This document shows, piece by piece, positions 44,876 through 54,748 of a stretch of DNA of 64,000 nt (position 1 is the stretch's first letter; each line of letters opens with the position of its first letter). A program made the position numbers and the translations under genes. Below the pieces are notes generated by a model that had not been told where the DNA came from, did not search any database, and worked only from the letters and a program-made list of their open reading frames with translations. This DNA is from Chloroflexota bacterium. Its GTDB lineage: Bacteria > Chloroflexota > UBA11872. The DNA is taken from positions 29,462 to 93,461 of the forward strand of contig JAPPNP010000022.1 of NCBI GenBank assembly GCA_028873795.1. The letters are read 5' to 3'.

Positions 44876-47521
44876 ATGGAGGGCCCCTACGACGCCTCGC
44901 GCGTGGAGACCCACTGGTACGACCGCTGGGAGGACGCGGGACTCTTCGCCCCGTCCGACGACACGGACCGCGAGCCGTTTGTGATCGCCATTCCCCCGCC
45001 GAACATCACCGGCGCGCTGCACAACGGGCACGTGATGTTCGTGGCCTACCAGGACCTGATGATCCGCTGGCACCGCATGCGGGGACGCGCGGCGCTTTGG
45101 ATTCCGGGCACGGACCACGCGGCCATCGCCACGCAAGCGGTGATCGAGCGCGAGCTGCGGCGCGAGGGCACGTCGCGGCATGAGATCGGTCGGGATGAGT
45201 TCGAGCGCCGCTTTTGGCAGTGGCGCGACACCTTCGGCTCGCGCATTACCCAGCAGCTCCGCCGCCTGGGCACCTCCGCGGACTGGACGCGTGAGCGCTT
45301 CACGATGGACGAGCAGCTCTCGCGGGCGGTGCGCGAGGCGTTCGTGCGCCTGTACGAAAAGGGCCTCGTCTATCGCGGGGAATACCTGGTGAACTGGTGC
45401 TGCGAAGACCGCTCGGCCATCAGCGACCTCGAGGTCGAGCACGAGACCCTCGACGGGCACCTCTGGCACATCCGCTACCCGCTCAAGGACGGCGGCCACA
45501 TTGTGGTTGCCACCACCCGCCCCGAAACGATGCTCGGGGACACCGCCGTGGCGGTGCATCCGGACGACGAGCGATATCGCGATCTGGTCGGCGGCACGGC
45601 CGTCGTGCCCGGCATCGGGCGTGAAATCCCCGTCATCGCCGATCCCGAGGTGGACCGCGAGTTTGGCACCGGCGCCGTAAAGATCACGCCCGGTCACGAC
45701 CCCAACGACTGGCGCATGGGCCAGCGCCACGGGCTCCCAGTCGTCAGCATCCTCAACGACGACGGCTCATTGAACGACGCGGCGGGCCAGTGGGCCGGCA
45801 TGGACCGCTTCGACGGGCGCCGCGCGTACGTGGCGTATCTCGAAGCCGAGGGCTTGCTCGAGCGCGTGGAGCCGCACACGCACTCCCTCGGCCACTGCCA
45901 GCGCGACGGTTCGGTCGTCGAGCCGCGAATCTCCGAGCAATGGTTCGTCAACACGCGCCCGCTGGCCGACCGCGCCGCGCAGGCCGTCCACGACGGCACG
46001 CTCAGGTTCTATCCGCAGCGCGCGGCCGCCGAGTTTCTGCGCTGGATGGAGATGATCCAGCCGTGGTGCATCTCGCGTCAGCTTTGGCTGGGGCACCGCA
46101 TTCCGGTGTGGTACTGCCGCGCCTGCGGCGAAACGATGGTCGCTCGCACCGATCCGGACTGTTGCTCGGCCTGCGGCAGCGAAGATCTGACTCAGGATCC
46201 AGACGTGCTCGACACCTGGTTCAGTTCCGGGCTGTGGCCCTTCTCGACGCTGGGCTGGCCGGACGAGACGCCCGATTTCCAGCGGTTCTATCCCACCGAC
46301 GTCCTGGAAACCGGCAGCGACATCATCTTCTTCTGGGTCGCGCGCATGGTCATGCTCGGGCTCGAGCTCACCGACCGGCTGCCGTTCCACACCGTCTATC
46401 TGCACGGCATGGCGCGGCATGCCGACGGGTCGAAAGTCGAGAAGTCGAACTATCAGCCCGGCGACGATCCGGCGGAGATCATCGAGCCCTACGGCGCCGA
46501 CGCCTTCCGCTTCATGATCGTGACGTCAACGTCCGAAGGCGCCGATCTTCGGATCAACCTCAAGCGCATCGAGGCCTCGGCCCACTTTGCCAACAAGCTG
46601 TGGAACGGGGCGAAGTTCGTGATCGGCGCCATGGAACGCGCGGACGACGAGACCGAGGCAATGGCCGCGCCGACGATCGTCGACGACTGGATCACGGCAC
46701 AGTTCGCCGCGCTGCACGCGGATGTCGTGCGCCTGGTGGAGAGCTTTCAATTCGGCGAGGCCGGCCGCCGGCTGCACGAGTTTCTGTGGTCGGAGTTCTT
46801 CGATTGGTACGTCGAGGCGGCTAAGATTCGGCTCTACTCGGGCGCCGCGGGTGAGGCGCGGCGGGCGGCCGCGACGCTGGCGCACGTGCTCGAGGGCAGC
46901 CTCCGCCTGCTGCATCCGTTCATGCCGTCCCTGACTGAAGAGATCTGGCACCACTTCCGGGACGCCGGCGGCGCGCCGGATGCCCCGGAATGGCTCATGG
47001 CGACGCCCATTGCCGAGCCCCCGCTGTCCGGCGATGCGGAGGCGGTGGGGCAGGTGCGAGACCTCATCGCAATCGTCCAGGGCATTCGCAATGCGCGGCA
47101 TGAGTCGAATGTCGAGCCGGGCCGAATGATCGAGGCGCGCATCATCCTCAACGGCGCGGCCGAGTTCATCGAGCGGGAACGGGCCTTCGTGGAGCGACTG
47201 GCGCGGGTGGAGCCGCTGTCGTTCCATCCCCATGGAACCCAGTTCGACGACCCCGCGGTGACGGTGCGAACGGCGGGCGTCGAGGTGAACCTGCCGCTCG
47301 CGGGGATGATTGACCTCGCCGTGGAGCACGAGCGGTTGGCGCGTGAGCGCGAGGAGCGGTTGGCGGATCTCAAACGCGCGGAAACCCTCCTGAGCAACGA
47401 GGCCTTCACGCAGCGGGCGCCCGCCAAGGTGGTTGACAACGAACGGCAAAAGGCCGCCGCGGCGCGTTCGGCGCTCGACCAAATCGAGGAACGGCTCCAG
47501 GCGCTGCCGCCTCGGTCCTAG
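44876..47521 (+). CDS. valS: valine--tRNA ligase
   Basis: PPPNITGALHNGH (HIGH-class motif), editing domain, GSKVEKSNY (KMSKS-type) and a C-terminal coiled coil. Start at MEGPYD 44876 is preferred over 44819. Confidence 0.95.
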   Translation: MEGPYDASRVETHWYDRWEDAGLFAPSDDTDREPFVIAIPPPNITGALHNGHVMFVAYQDLMIRWHRMRGRAALWIPGTDHAAIATQAVIERELRREGTSRHEIGRDEFERRFWQWRDTFGSRITQQLRRLGTSADWTRERFTMDEQLSRAVREAFVRLYEKGLVYRGEYLVNWCCEDRSAISDLEVEHETLDGHLWHIRYPLKDGGHIVVATTRPETMLGDTAVAVHPDDERYRDLVGGTAVVPGIGREIPVIADPEVDREFGTGAVKITPGHDPNDWRMGQRHGLPVVSILNDDGSLNDAAGQWAGMDRFDGRRAYVAYLEAEGLLERVEPHTHSLGHCQRDGSVVEPRISEQWFVNTRPLADRAAQAVHDGTLRFYPQRAAAEFLRWMEMIQPWCISRQLWLGHRIPVWYCRACGETMVARTDPDCCSACGSEDLTQDPDVLDTWFSSGLWPFSTLGWPDETPDFQRFYPTDVLETGSDIIFFWVARMVMLGLELTDRLPFHTVYLHGMARHADGSKVEKSNYQPGDDPAEIIEPYGADAFRFMIVTSTSEGADLRINLKRIEASAHFANKLWNGAKFVIGAMERADDETEAMAAPTIVDDWITAQFAALHADVVRLVESFQFGEAGRRLHEFLWSEFFDWYVEAAKIRLYSGAAGEARRAAATLAHVLEGSLRLLHPFMPSLTEEIWHHFRDAGGAPDAPEWLMATPIAEPPLSGDAEAVGQVRDLIAIVQGIRNARHESNVEPGRMIEARIILNGAAEFIERERAFVERLARVEPLSFHPHGTQFDDPAVTVRTAGVEVNLPLAGMIDLAVEHERLAREREERLADLKRAETLLSNEAFTQRAPAKVVDNERQKAAAARSALDQIEERLQALPPRS

Positions 47522-48513
47522 CGCGAGACCCCCGTCTCGCCGTTGGCCGCGCGCACGTAGAGCTGACGCAGCGTGGTGGCGCCACGCACGGCGGTTCCGC
47601 TGATGCCGCGCGCCCTGGCCGCGCTCACGTCTTCGAGCGCCGGCCGAACCTGCGATGAGAGCTGGTCGATGAAGTGCAGGGCGACGGCCTCGGGAATCAT
47701 GGGCTCCACCACCGCTGCGAACTCGCGCGTGCCCTGGTGGCTGAGCACCAGGTGCCGCAGGAGCATGGCGGTCTCCGAATCACACTCGACCTCGCCAAGG
47801 GCGGCGTCGAGCAGTTGCACGCCGTGCACCATGTGGCCTTCCAGGTTTCCGGCCGCCGTATAGGAGAACTCGCTGGTAACGTCGAGCTCCAACACCTTGC
47901 CCAGGTCGTGCAGAATCACCCCGGCCACCACGAGGTCTCGGTCCAGGTCGGGGAAGGTTTCGGCGACCCGTTCCGCCAGCTGCAACATTTCGACCATGTG
48001 CTCGGCCAGACCGCCCACCCAGGCATGGTGGCGTCCCTTGGCCGCGGGCCAGGTCATGAGCCGCTCGTCAACCTCGGGCCGGGCCAGCACGGCCTTGACC
48101 ACGGCGCGCACCGGGGCGCTGCGAATCGACGCCGCGGCGCCGTCGATCGACGCACGCAGCGCCGCGGGGTCACGCTCGCTCTGCGGCAGGAGCGCCGTGG
48201 CGTCCCACTGCTCCGCGGAGCGCTCCATCCGCGCGAGCTTGATGTTCACCCGCCCGCGAAACTCCTCCGCGCGGCCCTCGACGGTGTAGGTCTGGCCCGC
48301 GTCGACGGCGGCCGCAAGCTCCGGCGGCACCGAGAAGTACAGCGCGTCGATCGAATCGCGCTCCTGGTCCCGCAGCGTCACCCGGAGATAGGGGTCGCCG
48401 GCGCGACTCGTCCGCACCTCGGGCGCGGCGATCACGAAGGTCCCGGACACCATCTGGCCGGGACGAATGTCGGCAATCCTCACGGGCAGCTTTCCGGAGA
48501 CGGGATGGCCCAT
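47518..48513 (-). CDS. OB-fold + HD-domain protein (YhaM-like 3'-5' exoribonuclease family)
   Basis: N-terminal OB fold (GQMVSGTFVIAAPEVRTSRAGDPYLRVTLRD) and an HD motif (VILHDLGK; H...D). Confidence 0.7.
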   Translation of the reverse strand: MGHPVSGKLPVRIADIRPGQMVSGTFVIAAPEVRTSRAGDPYLRVTLRDQERDSIDALYFSVPPELAAAVDAGQTYTVEGRAEEFRGRVNIKLARMERSAEQWDATALLPQSERDPAALRASIDGAAASIRSAPVRAVVKAVLARPEVDERLMTWPAAKGRHHAWVGGLAEHMVEMLQLAERVAETFPDLDRDLVVAGVILHDLGKVLELDVTSEFSYTAAGNLEGHMVHGVQLLDAALGEVECDSETAMLLRHLVLSHQGTREFAAVVEPMIPEAVALHFIDQLSSQVRPALEDVSAARARGISGTAVRGATTLRQLYVRAANGETGVSR

Positions 48514-48597
48514 CCTACCCAGGCTGGTTGTAGGGGCACTCCGCGGGGCGTGGTCGGACGCCTAATTGCGGGAGTTGCGTTCAGCGCTTGAGAGAAC

Positions 48598-49050
48598 CTA
48601 TCGACGGCGGCGGAACCAGGACCGAATCCGGTCGCCGACCGTCGGCGCCGGGCGGTGATCGTTGAGGTCGATGACCTGCCCTCGCCACATCTGCGGACTG
48701 GACGGTCGGGCGGGGCCGGCCCCGGTTCCGGTCCCGGATCGGCGCTCGATGATGCCGCGGCCAATGGCCAGCACGAAGGTGATGCCTCCCGCCAACGCGA
48801 AGATGGCGGCCACGGGCCGGAGCGGCGTGGCGTACAGCAGGAGTCCCAACACGACGAGGCTGGCGGCCGTCACCAGCATCTCGTTGGTGGTGGCGAAGCG
48901 GCGACGCAACCAGCCGCCGAAGGCGTCCAGCCAGGGGCCCCGGGGTTGGTCCGGCTCGGGATCCGACCGGGGCGACTCCCCGCTCGCGGGCGAGTCGAAT
49001 TGGTTCTCCTCGAGGATGTCCCGAACTTCCTCGCGCCAGTCCTTGGTCAC
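48598..49050 (-). CDS. hypothetical small membrane protein
   Basis: 150 aa with acidic and basic termini and two central TM helices. No recognisable family. Confidence 0.45.
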   Translation of the reverse strand: MTKDWREEVRDILEENQFDSPASGESPRSDPEPDQPRGPWLDAFGGWLRRRFATTNEMLVTAASLVVLGLLLYATPLRPVAAIFALAGGITFVLAIGRGIIERRSGTGTGAGPARPSSPQMWRGQVIDLNDHRPAPTVGDRIRSWFRRRR

Positions 49051-49130
49051 GCGTTCTCGCCGCTGCAGCGCTGCCTAGCGCAAGTATACCCCCGACCCTT
49101 CGATTCCCCGCACGTTCGCTGTATCCGACG

Positions 49131-50744
49131 GTGCGGCTTCGATATGCTCCAGGCATCGTGGCTGCCGTGGCATTCGAGCTCGAAGTCTTCCGCCATCTCT
49201 TCGCGTCGGTTGCCGAAGAGATGGGCGTGACCGTTCAGCGCAGCGCGCACTCTCCGAATATCAAGGAGCGGCGCGACCATTCCTGCGCCGTGTTCGACCA
49301 CCAGGGACAAATGGTGGCGCAGGCGGCCCACGTGCCGGTGCACCTGGGCGCCATGCCCATGGCCGTGCAGGCGGCCATCGACTTCTACGACGAGCGCAAG
49401 CCCACCCCGGGCGACTTGATCATCGTCAACGATCCGTACCTCGGAGGCACGCACCTGCCCGACATCACCACGGTTTCGCCGGTATTCGTTGGCGAGCCGC
49501 TCGAGATGTGGGGCTGGGTGGCCACCCGCGCGCACCACGCCGACGTGGGCGGGCTGACTCCCGGCTCGATGCCCATGTCCACCGAGCTCTTCCACGAAGG
49601 CATCGTCATCCCGCCGCTCAAGCTCGTGGACGCGGGAACGGTCGACGAGCAGTTGGTCGAGCTGATATGCCGCAACGTGCGCACGCCCGATGAACGACGC
49701 GGCGACCTGGCGGCGCAGCTAGCCTCGCACCAGGTTGGCGAAACGCGGCTGCAAGCGTTCGCGCGCCGCTACGGACCGGGCGAGCTGAGTCGCATGGCGC
49801 GGGAACTCCTGGCCTACACCGAGCAACTGGTGGTGGCGCGACTGCGCCGCGTGCCGAATGGGGAGTACGCGTTCGAGGACTTCCTCGATGACGATGGGCG
49901 GGGCGGCCTATCAACGCCGCTTCGGGTCACGATCACCGTGCGCGACGGTCGCTTCATCGTCGACTTTGCGGGCACGGCGCCGGCGGTTCCGGGATCGCTG
50001 AATGCACCGTCGGCCATCACCCACTCCGCCGCGCTCTACATCGTGCGTTGCTTGGCGGGCGCCGACGTGCCGGCCAACGACGGCGCGCGGGCGGTGCTGG
50101 ACGTGCGAGTGCCCCTGGGTTCGGTGCTGAATCCCCAACCCCCCCACGCCGTGGCGGCGGGCAACGTCGAGACGTCGCAGCGGATCGTGGACGTGCTCTG
50201 GGGCGCCCTGGCCCAGGCGCTCCCGGACGAGGTGCCGGCCGCCAGTCAGGGGACCATGAACAACCTCGTGATCGGCGGAACCGATCCGCGATCGGGCGGC
50301 GCCTACACCTACTACGAGACCATTGCCGGAGGCTCGGGCGCGGGACCCAGGCGACCGGGGACGAGCGGCATCCACGTCGCCATGACCAACACCTTGAACA
50401 CGCCAATCGAGGCGCTCGAGCTTGCCTATCCAATGCGCGCGCGGCGATACGCCCTGCGTCCGGGTTCGGGAGGCGCCGGAGCGCATCGGGGCGGCAACGG
50501 CGTGGTGCGCGAGGTCGAAATGCTGGCCCCGGCGTCGGTGACCATCGTGGCCGAGCGGCGCCGGATCGGCCCCTGGGGACTGCGTGGGGGCGGCTCGGGA
50601 CGGCGCGGGCGTGATCGGATCCGCCGCCGCGGCGGGCGATGGCGTGACGTGCCGGGCAAGGGCACCCATCGTCTGGAGGCAGGCGATCTGGTGCGGGTCG
50701 CCACGCCCGGCGGCGGCGGCTGGGGCGCTAGCGCCGCCGATTGA
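49131..50744 (+). CDS. hydantoinase B / oxoprolinase family protein (HyuB-like)
   Basis: 537 aa collinear with N-methylhydantoinase B (AEEMGVTVQRSAHSPNIKERRDHSCAVFD…DPYLGGTHLPD…). No hyuA partner is adjacent. Confidence 0.85.
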   Translation: MRLRYAPGIVAAVAFELEVFRHLFASVAEEMGVTVQRSAHSPNIKERRDHSCAVFDHQGQMVAQAAHVPVHLGAMPMAVQAAIDFYDERKPTPGDLIIVNDPYLGGTHLPDITTVSPVFVGEPLEMWGWVATRAHHADVGGLTPGSMPMSTELFHEGIVIPPLKLVDAGTVDEQLVELICRNVRTPDERRGDLAAQLASHQVGETRLQAFARRYGPGELSRMARELLAYTEQLVVARLRRVPNGEYAFEDFLDDDGRGGLSTPLRVTITVRDGRFIVDFAGTAPAVPGSLNAPSAITHSAALYIVRCLAGADVPANDGARAVLDVRVPLGSVLNPQPPHAVAAGNVETSQRIVDVLWGALAQALPDEVPAASQGTMNNLVIGGTDPRSGGAYTYYETIAGGSGAGPRRPGTSGIHVAMTNTLNTPIEALELAYPMRARRYALRPGSGGAGAHRGGNGVVREVEMLAPASVTIVAERRRIGPWGLRGGGSGRRGRDRIRRRGGRWRDVPGKGTHRLEAGDLVRVATPGGGGWGASAAD

Positions 50745-51354
50745 ACAGGCGGAAGCCGCGCTCAGTCTCCGCGGCCGGCGGAGCGTCCGGGTCGAAGTCG
50801 ACTTCCAACACCTCGCGGTAGACCGCGCCGGCCGGTGAAAGGTCGCTCTCGAACAGGGCGACGGCGCCGACCGTATGGGTGCCGAGCGCCCCCAGATTCG
50901 CGGCCTCGAAGCGACGCGCCACGCCCATTCGCGTGGACGGCGTGGCCTGTCGCCCAATGCGCGCGAGGGTGACGTGCGGGCTGAACGGACGGGACCCCAT
51001 GCGCAAGCCGATGCCCTGCATCTCGCGCGTGACGGCGGCCTGGAGATCGCGCACCGCGTCTAGGTCACCGGTCACGCCTACCCACGCCACGCGCGGCTCG
51101 CCGCCCGTGGGAAAGGTGCCGCCGCCGCCAAACCGCAGCACGAAGGGCGAGCGCCCACGCGTCGCGGCCTCCAGGCCCGACCGGATGCTGTCCGTGGAAT
51201 GGGCCGGTACTTCGCCCAGAAACGCCAGGGTCAGATGCAGGCTCTCGGCCGACATGCAGCGCACGTCGCGCACGTTGCCGACCAACGCGCGCGCGCGCTT
51301 GGCGAGCTCGACCCGCAGCTCCTGCGGATAGGAAATGGCGACAAACGCTCGCAT
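50728..51354 (-). CDS. thpR: RNA 2',3'-cyclic phosphodiesterase (2H phosphoesterase, LigT/ThpR)
   Basis: Two H-x-T/S-x motifs (HLTLAFLG; HVTLARIG). 208 aa from MRAFVAI. Confidence 0.8.
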   Translation of the reverse strand: MRAFVAISYPQELRVELAKRARALVGNVRDVRCMSAESLHLTLAFLGEVPAHSTDSIRSGLEAATRGRSPFVLRFGGGGTFPTGGEPRVAWVGVTGDLDAVRDLQAAVTREMQGIGLRMGSRPFSPHVTLARIGRQATPSTRMGVARRFEAANLGALGTHTVGAVALFESDLSPAGAVYREVLEVDFDPDAPPAAETERGFRLFNRRR

Positions 51355-51446
51355 AGGCTGCGAGTATAATTTCACGCCTCGGGTGGGCTGATCGTTGGCT
51401 GTGCCCGCTGCAAGGCTCGGGGCATTCCCACGCACGAGGTTCAAGC

Positions 51447-52748
51447 ATGGCTGCGGCCGAAGGCGTCCTCATCAGCGACCGAGCGGCGCCGCTGGACACC
51501 GCGCGCCGCGAAGCGCTGGGCGAGCAGCTCCGCGACCGCATACGCCGGGCTGAATCCGGGGCATCCGCGGCCGCCCTGGCCGCCGCCGACCTGGCCGTGG
51601 CGATCCACACCACGGTCCCCAATCCGGCGAGCACGGTGTTCTGGGACGGCGGCGGGCACGCCGAGGCCTATCGGCATCTGCTGGGCCTCGAACCGTCGCC
51701 TTCGGCCCCGCCGGCGCCTGGGCGCGCCGTCTCCGAGGCGGTGGGCGCGGCGGTGGCGCGCACGTTGCAGCACGACGCAACGTCAATCGTCGCGGTCATC
51801 GACGGACAGGGCCTGAGCGCCGGACTGGCGTTCGAGGCGGTCAATCACGCGGGGCACCTGCAGCTCCCGCTGGTGTTGGTGCTGGTCGACGCCCCGAGCA
51901 CTCGCGCCCGCAGCGTCGGCGCCGTCTCGCGTCACCTCACCCGACTGCGCGGTCACCCGCGCTACGCCGAGGCCAAGGCCCTGATCGAGCAGGCGTTGAG
52001 CCGGATGCCGGCGGGCGGCCAGGCCGTCGAGGTGGCACGGCGGCTCAAGAACTCCATGCGCGAGCTGCTCATTCCGACCGAAATTTGGGAGGAATTGCTC
52101 GGCTTCACCTATCTGGGACCCGTCGACGGGGCCAGCGCCGACGCCCTGGCGGAATCGCTGGCGCTGGCGCTGGAGGTGCGTCGGCCGGTGCTGCTGCATG
52201 TGGCGGCCCCCGCGGGCGCGGCCGTGCGGCGCCCGGCATTGGATGCCGACCGCAACGGGGATGCGGTGGCGCGCGAGGCCTGGTTGCGAGCGGCGGCGGC
52301 CGCCCTCGCCGATCTCGCGGAGGCCGACGAGCTGTGCGTGACCGTGAGCGCGGGCAGCACGGCACGCGCGGCGTTGCACACCGTCGCCGAACGCGTGCCG
52401 GAGCGGTTCCTGGACGTCGAGTTGGGCGAATCGCACGGCATGTCGCTGGCGGCGAGCCTGGCCCGGCACGGGCTGCGTCCGGTGGTCGTCCTCGCCGCAT
52501 CTCGCACGCTGGCGACCATCGCGCCCCTGCTCACCGACGCCCGCCAGTCAGCGTCGCCCCTGACGATCCTGGCCTATGCCGATGCGGCCGACGATGCGGG
52601 GGCGCAGGGGCCGCCGCTGGGAGCGATTCCCGGTCTCGACGTGATCACGCCCACGACGCCCGACCAGCTACGCGACGCTCTCGCGGCGGCGCTGGCCGGG
52701 AGGTGCTGGACCCTGATTCAATTGCCCGCGCGCGCTACGCCGGAGTAG
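51447..52748 (+). CDS. DXS-like protein: truncated, catalytically degenerate homologue of 1-deoxy-D-xylulose-5-phosphate synthase
   Basis: 433 aa, collinear with DXS domains I-II. [10 protein letters not shown]...[17 protein letters not shown] aligns with VELTVALHYV...[38 protein letters not shown] with [34 protein letters not shown] with DRYFDVAIAEQHA. However GHSSTS, the GDG Mg loop, NDN and the THQG His are all substituted, and domain III is absent. Confidence 0.65.
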   Translation: [433 protein letters not shown]

Positions 52749-52766
52749 CCGTCCGCCACCGATCCG

Positions 52767-53642
52767 ATGCACGGCGATCCGTCCCCAATCATCGACGCCC
52801 ACACCCACGTGGTGCCGCCGGAGGTGGCGGCCGATCGAGAGCGGTTTCTCGAAGCGGATCTCTGGTTTCGCCGTCTCTACGCCAATCCCCGCCGCACCCT
52901 CGCCACGGCCGACGACGCGGCGCTCGAAATGGCTCGCTCGGGCGTAAACACCACCGTGGCCTTTGGCTTCGCGTGGCGGGATCCGAGCCTCTGCGTCCTC
53001 AACAACGACTACATCCTGGAGCAAGCCGCGGCGCATCCCGAGTCGCTGGTCCCCTATTGCGTGGTGTCGCCGTCCGATCTCGAGTTCAGCATCGTGGAGA
53101 TGGAGCGGTGCCGCAGACGGGGGGCGGTCGGCGTGGGCGAGCTGTTTCCGGAAGGCCAGGGATGGAACCTGCACGACCGCGGCGCGCTGCGGGAGTTCAT
53201 CGGCGCGGTTCGCGGGCTTGGACTGGTGCTCAACCTGCACGTGAGCGAGCCGGCCGGCCACGACTATCCCGGCAAGGACTCGACCACGCCGGCGGCCATC
53301 TGGCCACTCATCGAAATGGCGGGCGGCGAGGTGCCCATCGTGCTCTCGCACTGGGGCGGCGGCGCCGCGTTCTACGAGCTGATGCCCGAGGTTCGCGATC
53401 TGACGCGCCAGATCTACTACGACTCCGCGGCCAGCCACCTGCTGTATTTGCCCCACGTCTTCGACGTGATGGCGCGGCTGGCCCCGGGCCGGATCCTATT
53501 CGGTAGCGACTTCCCGCTCATGACCCAGCGACGCGCGCTGCGTCACGTGCGTGCGGCGGGCCTCGATGCGACGGTGATGGCGGCGTTGCTGGGCGGCAAC
53601 GCCCGCACGCTGGGTCTGGGTGGCGCCCCTAGATTGACATAA
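52767..53642 (+). CDS. amidohydrolase-2 family TIM-barrel metal-dependent hydrolase
   Basis: IIDAHTHVVPPE (HxH), later His and Asp ligands (HWGGG, GSDFP). PF04909-like. Confidence 0.75.
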   Translation: MHGDPSPIIDAHTHVVPPEVAADRERFLEADLWFRRLYANPRRTLATADDAALEMARSGVNTTVAFGFAWRDPSLCVLNNDYILEQAAAHPESLVPYCVVSPSDLEFSIVEMERCRRRGAVGVGELFPEGQGWNLHDRGALREFIGAVRGLGLVLNLHVSEPAGHDYPGKDSTTPAAIWPLIEMAGGEVPIVLSHWGGGAAFYELMPEVRDLTRQIYYDSAASHLLYLPHVFDVMARLAPGRILFGSDFPLMTQRRALRHVRAAGLDATVMAALLGGNARTLGLGGAPRLT

Positions 53643-53661
53643 CGGCCTACGTGCAGGTCCG

Positions 53662-54531
53662 CTAGCGCGCCAGCTCTCGTTCGATTTCCGCCGAAAGGCG
53701 CGCCAGGTGCGATGGGTCGTAGCCCACCCCGGCCGCCTGCTCCACGAGCCGGCGTGTTTGCTCGAGTCCGTCGCGGTGCTGGTCCGATCCCGGCTCCTCG
53801 CGCACGGCCACCTGCAGCGCGTCGCGTGCTTGGAGGTAGAGCTGGCGCCCCTGCTCCTCCGGCGATTCCTCCGCCACGCCGACGCCCAGCAGGCGCTTTG
53901 TCAGCGTGACGGCGGAGGCCGCGTCGGGCGCGTAGCCGTCGGCGTTGATCTCGTCGGCGTAGCGCTGGGTCACCGGCGCCCCGCCGATGATGCACTGCAC
54001 CTGGTCGTCAAGCCCGGCCGCCTCGACGGCTTCGATGGTGCTGCGCATGTTGGTCATCGTGGTCGTCAGCAGCGCCGACATGCCCACAATGTGCGCGCCC
54101 TGGCTCAGCGCTTCCTGGACGTACTCGTCGGGGTGGGTGTCGATGCCGGTGTCGGTGACGTCGAAGCCGGCGCCCTCAAGCATCATGGCCACCAGGTTCT
54201 TGCCGATGTCGTGCAGGTCGCCCCGCACCGTGCCGATCACCACCCGGCCCAGCGGCTCGATCCCGGATTCGGTCAGCAGCGGACGCAGAATCGCCATGCC
54301 CGTCTTCATGGCTCTGGCGGAGATCAGCACTTCCGGCACGTAGTACTGGTTGGTGCGGAACAGCTCGCCGACGACATCCATCCCCGGAATCATGCCGTCG
54401 TTGATGATCGCTCCGGGTGACACCTCGGCCTCGAGGCACGCCTTGACCAGGCGATCCACGCCCGGAGCGTCGCCCTTGATGATGCTGTCGCTTAATTCCT
54501 GGAACGCCGCGTCGATGTCGATGTCCGCCAT
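53662..54531 (-). CDS. cobalamin-binding corrinoid protein (B12-binding cap + Rossmann domain, MtaC/MtbC-like)
   Basis: DxHxxG B12 loop (GDLHDIGKNLV), SxL and GG motifs, an N-terminal helical cap, and a ~90-aa C-terminal extension. Confidence 0.85.
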   Translation of the reverse strand: MADIDIDAAFQELSDSIIKGDAPGVDRLVKACLEAEVSPGAIINDGMIPGMDVVGELFRTNQYYVPEVLISARAMKTGMAILRPLLTESGIEPLGRVVIGTVRGDLHDIGKNLVAMMLEGAGFDVTDTGIDTHPDEYVQEALSQGAHIVGMSALLTTTMTNMRSTIEAVEAAGLDDQVQCIIGGAPVTQRYADEINADGYAPDAASAVTLTKRLLGVGVAEESPEEQGRQLYLQARDALQVAVREEPGSDQHRDGLEQTRRLVEQAAGVGYDPSHLARLSAEIERELAR

Positions 54532-54748
54532 TGCACGTCCTGGGTTACCGGGGGATTCCTGTCGGGCCGACCGCCGGCCTCTCTAGTCTCTTGCCGCGGG
54601 CGGACCCAATCCAGCCGCGAGCGTACCATCACCACGCCCCGCGCGACCCGCCGGCAGGCCACTCACAGGAGCTGGCGGCGTCGTGACACGATTGGCAACC
54701 TGACTGCCACGAGAGAGCGCCCTGAGCTTCGCCCAAGCGTCCTCAGTC

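Noticed and set aside
54532-54748. Possible cobalamin riboswitch upstream of the corrinoid protein gene
   Set aside because: Only a GCCACTC-like fragment is present, and it is on the wrong strand for the minus-strand gene. No B12-box in the correct orientation.
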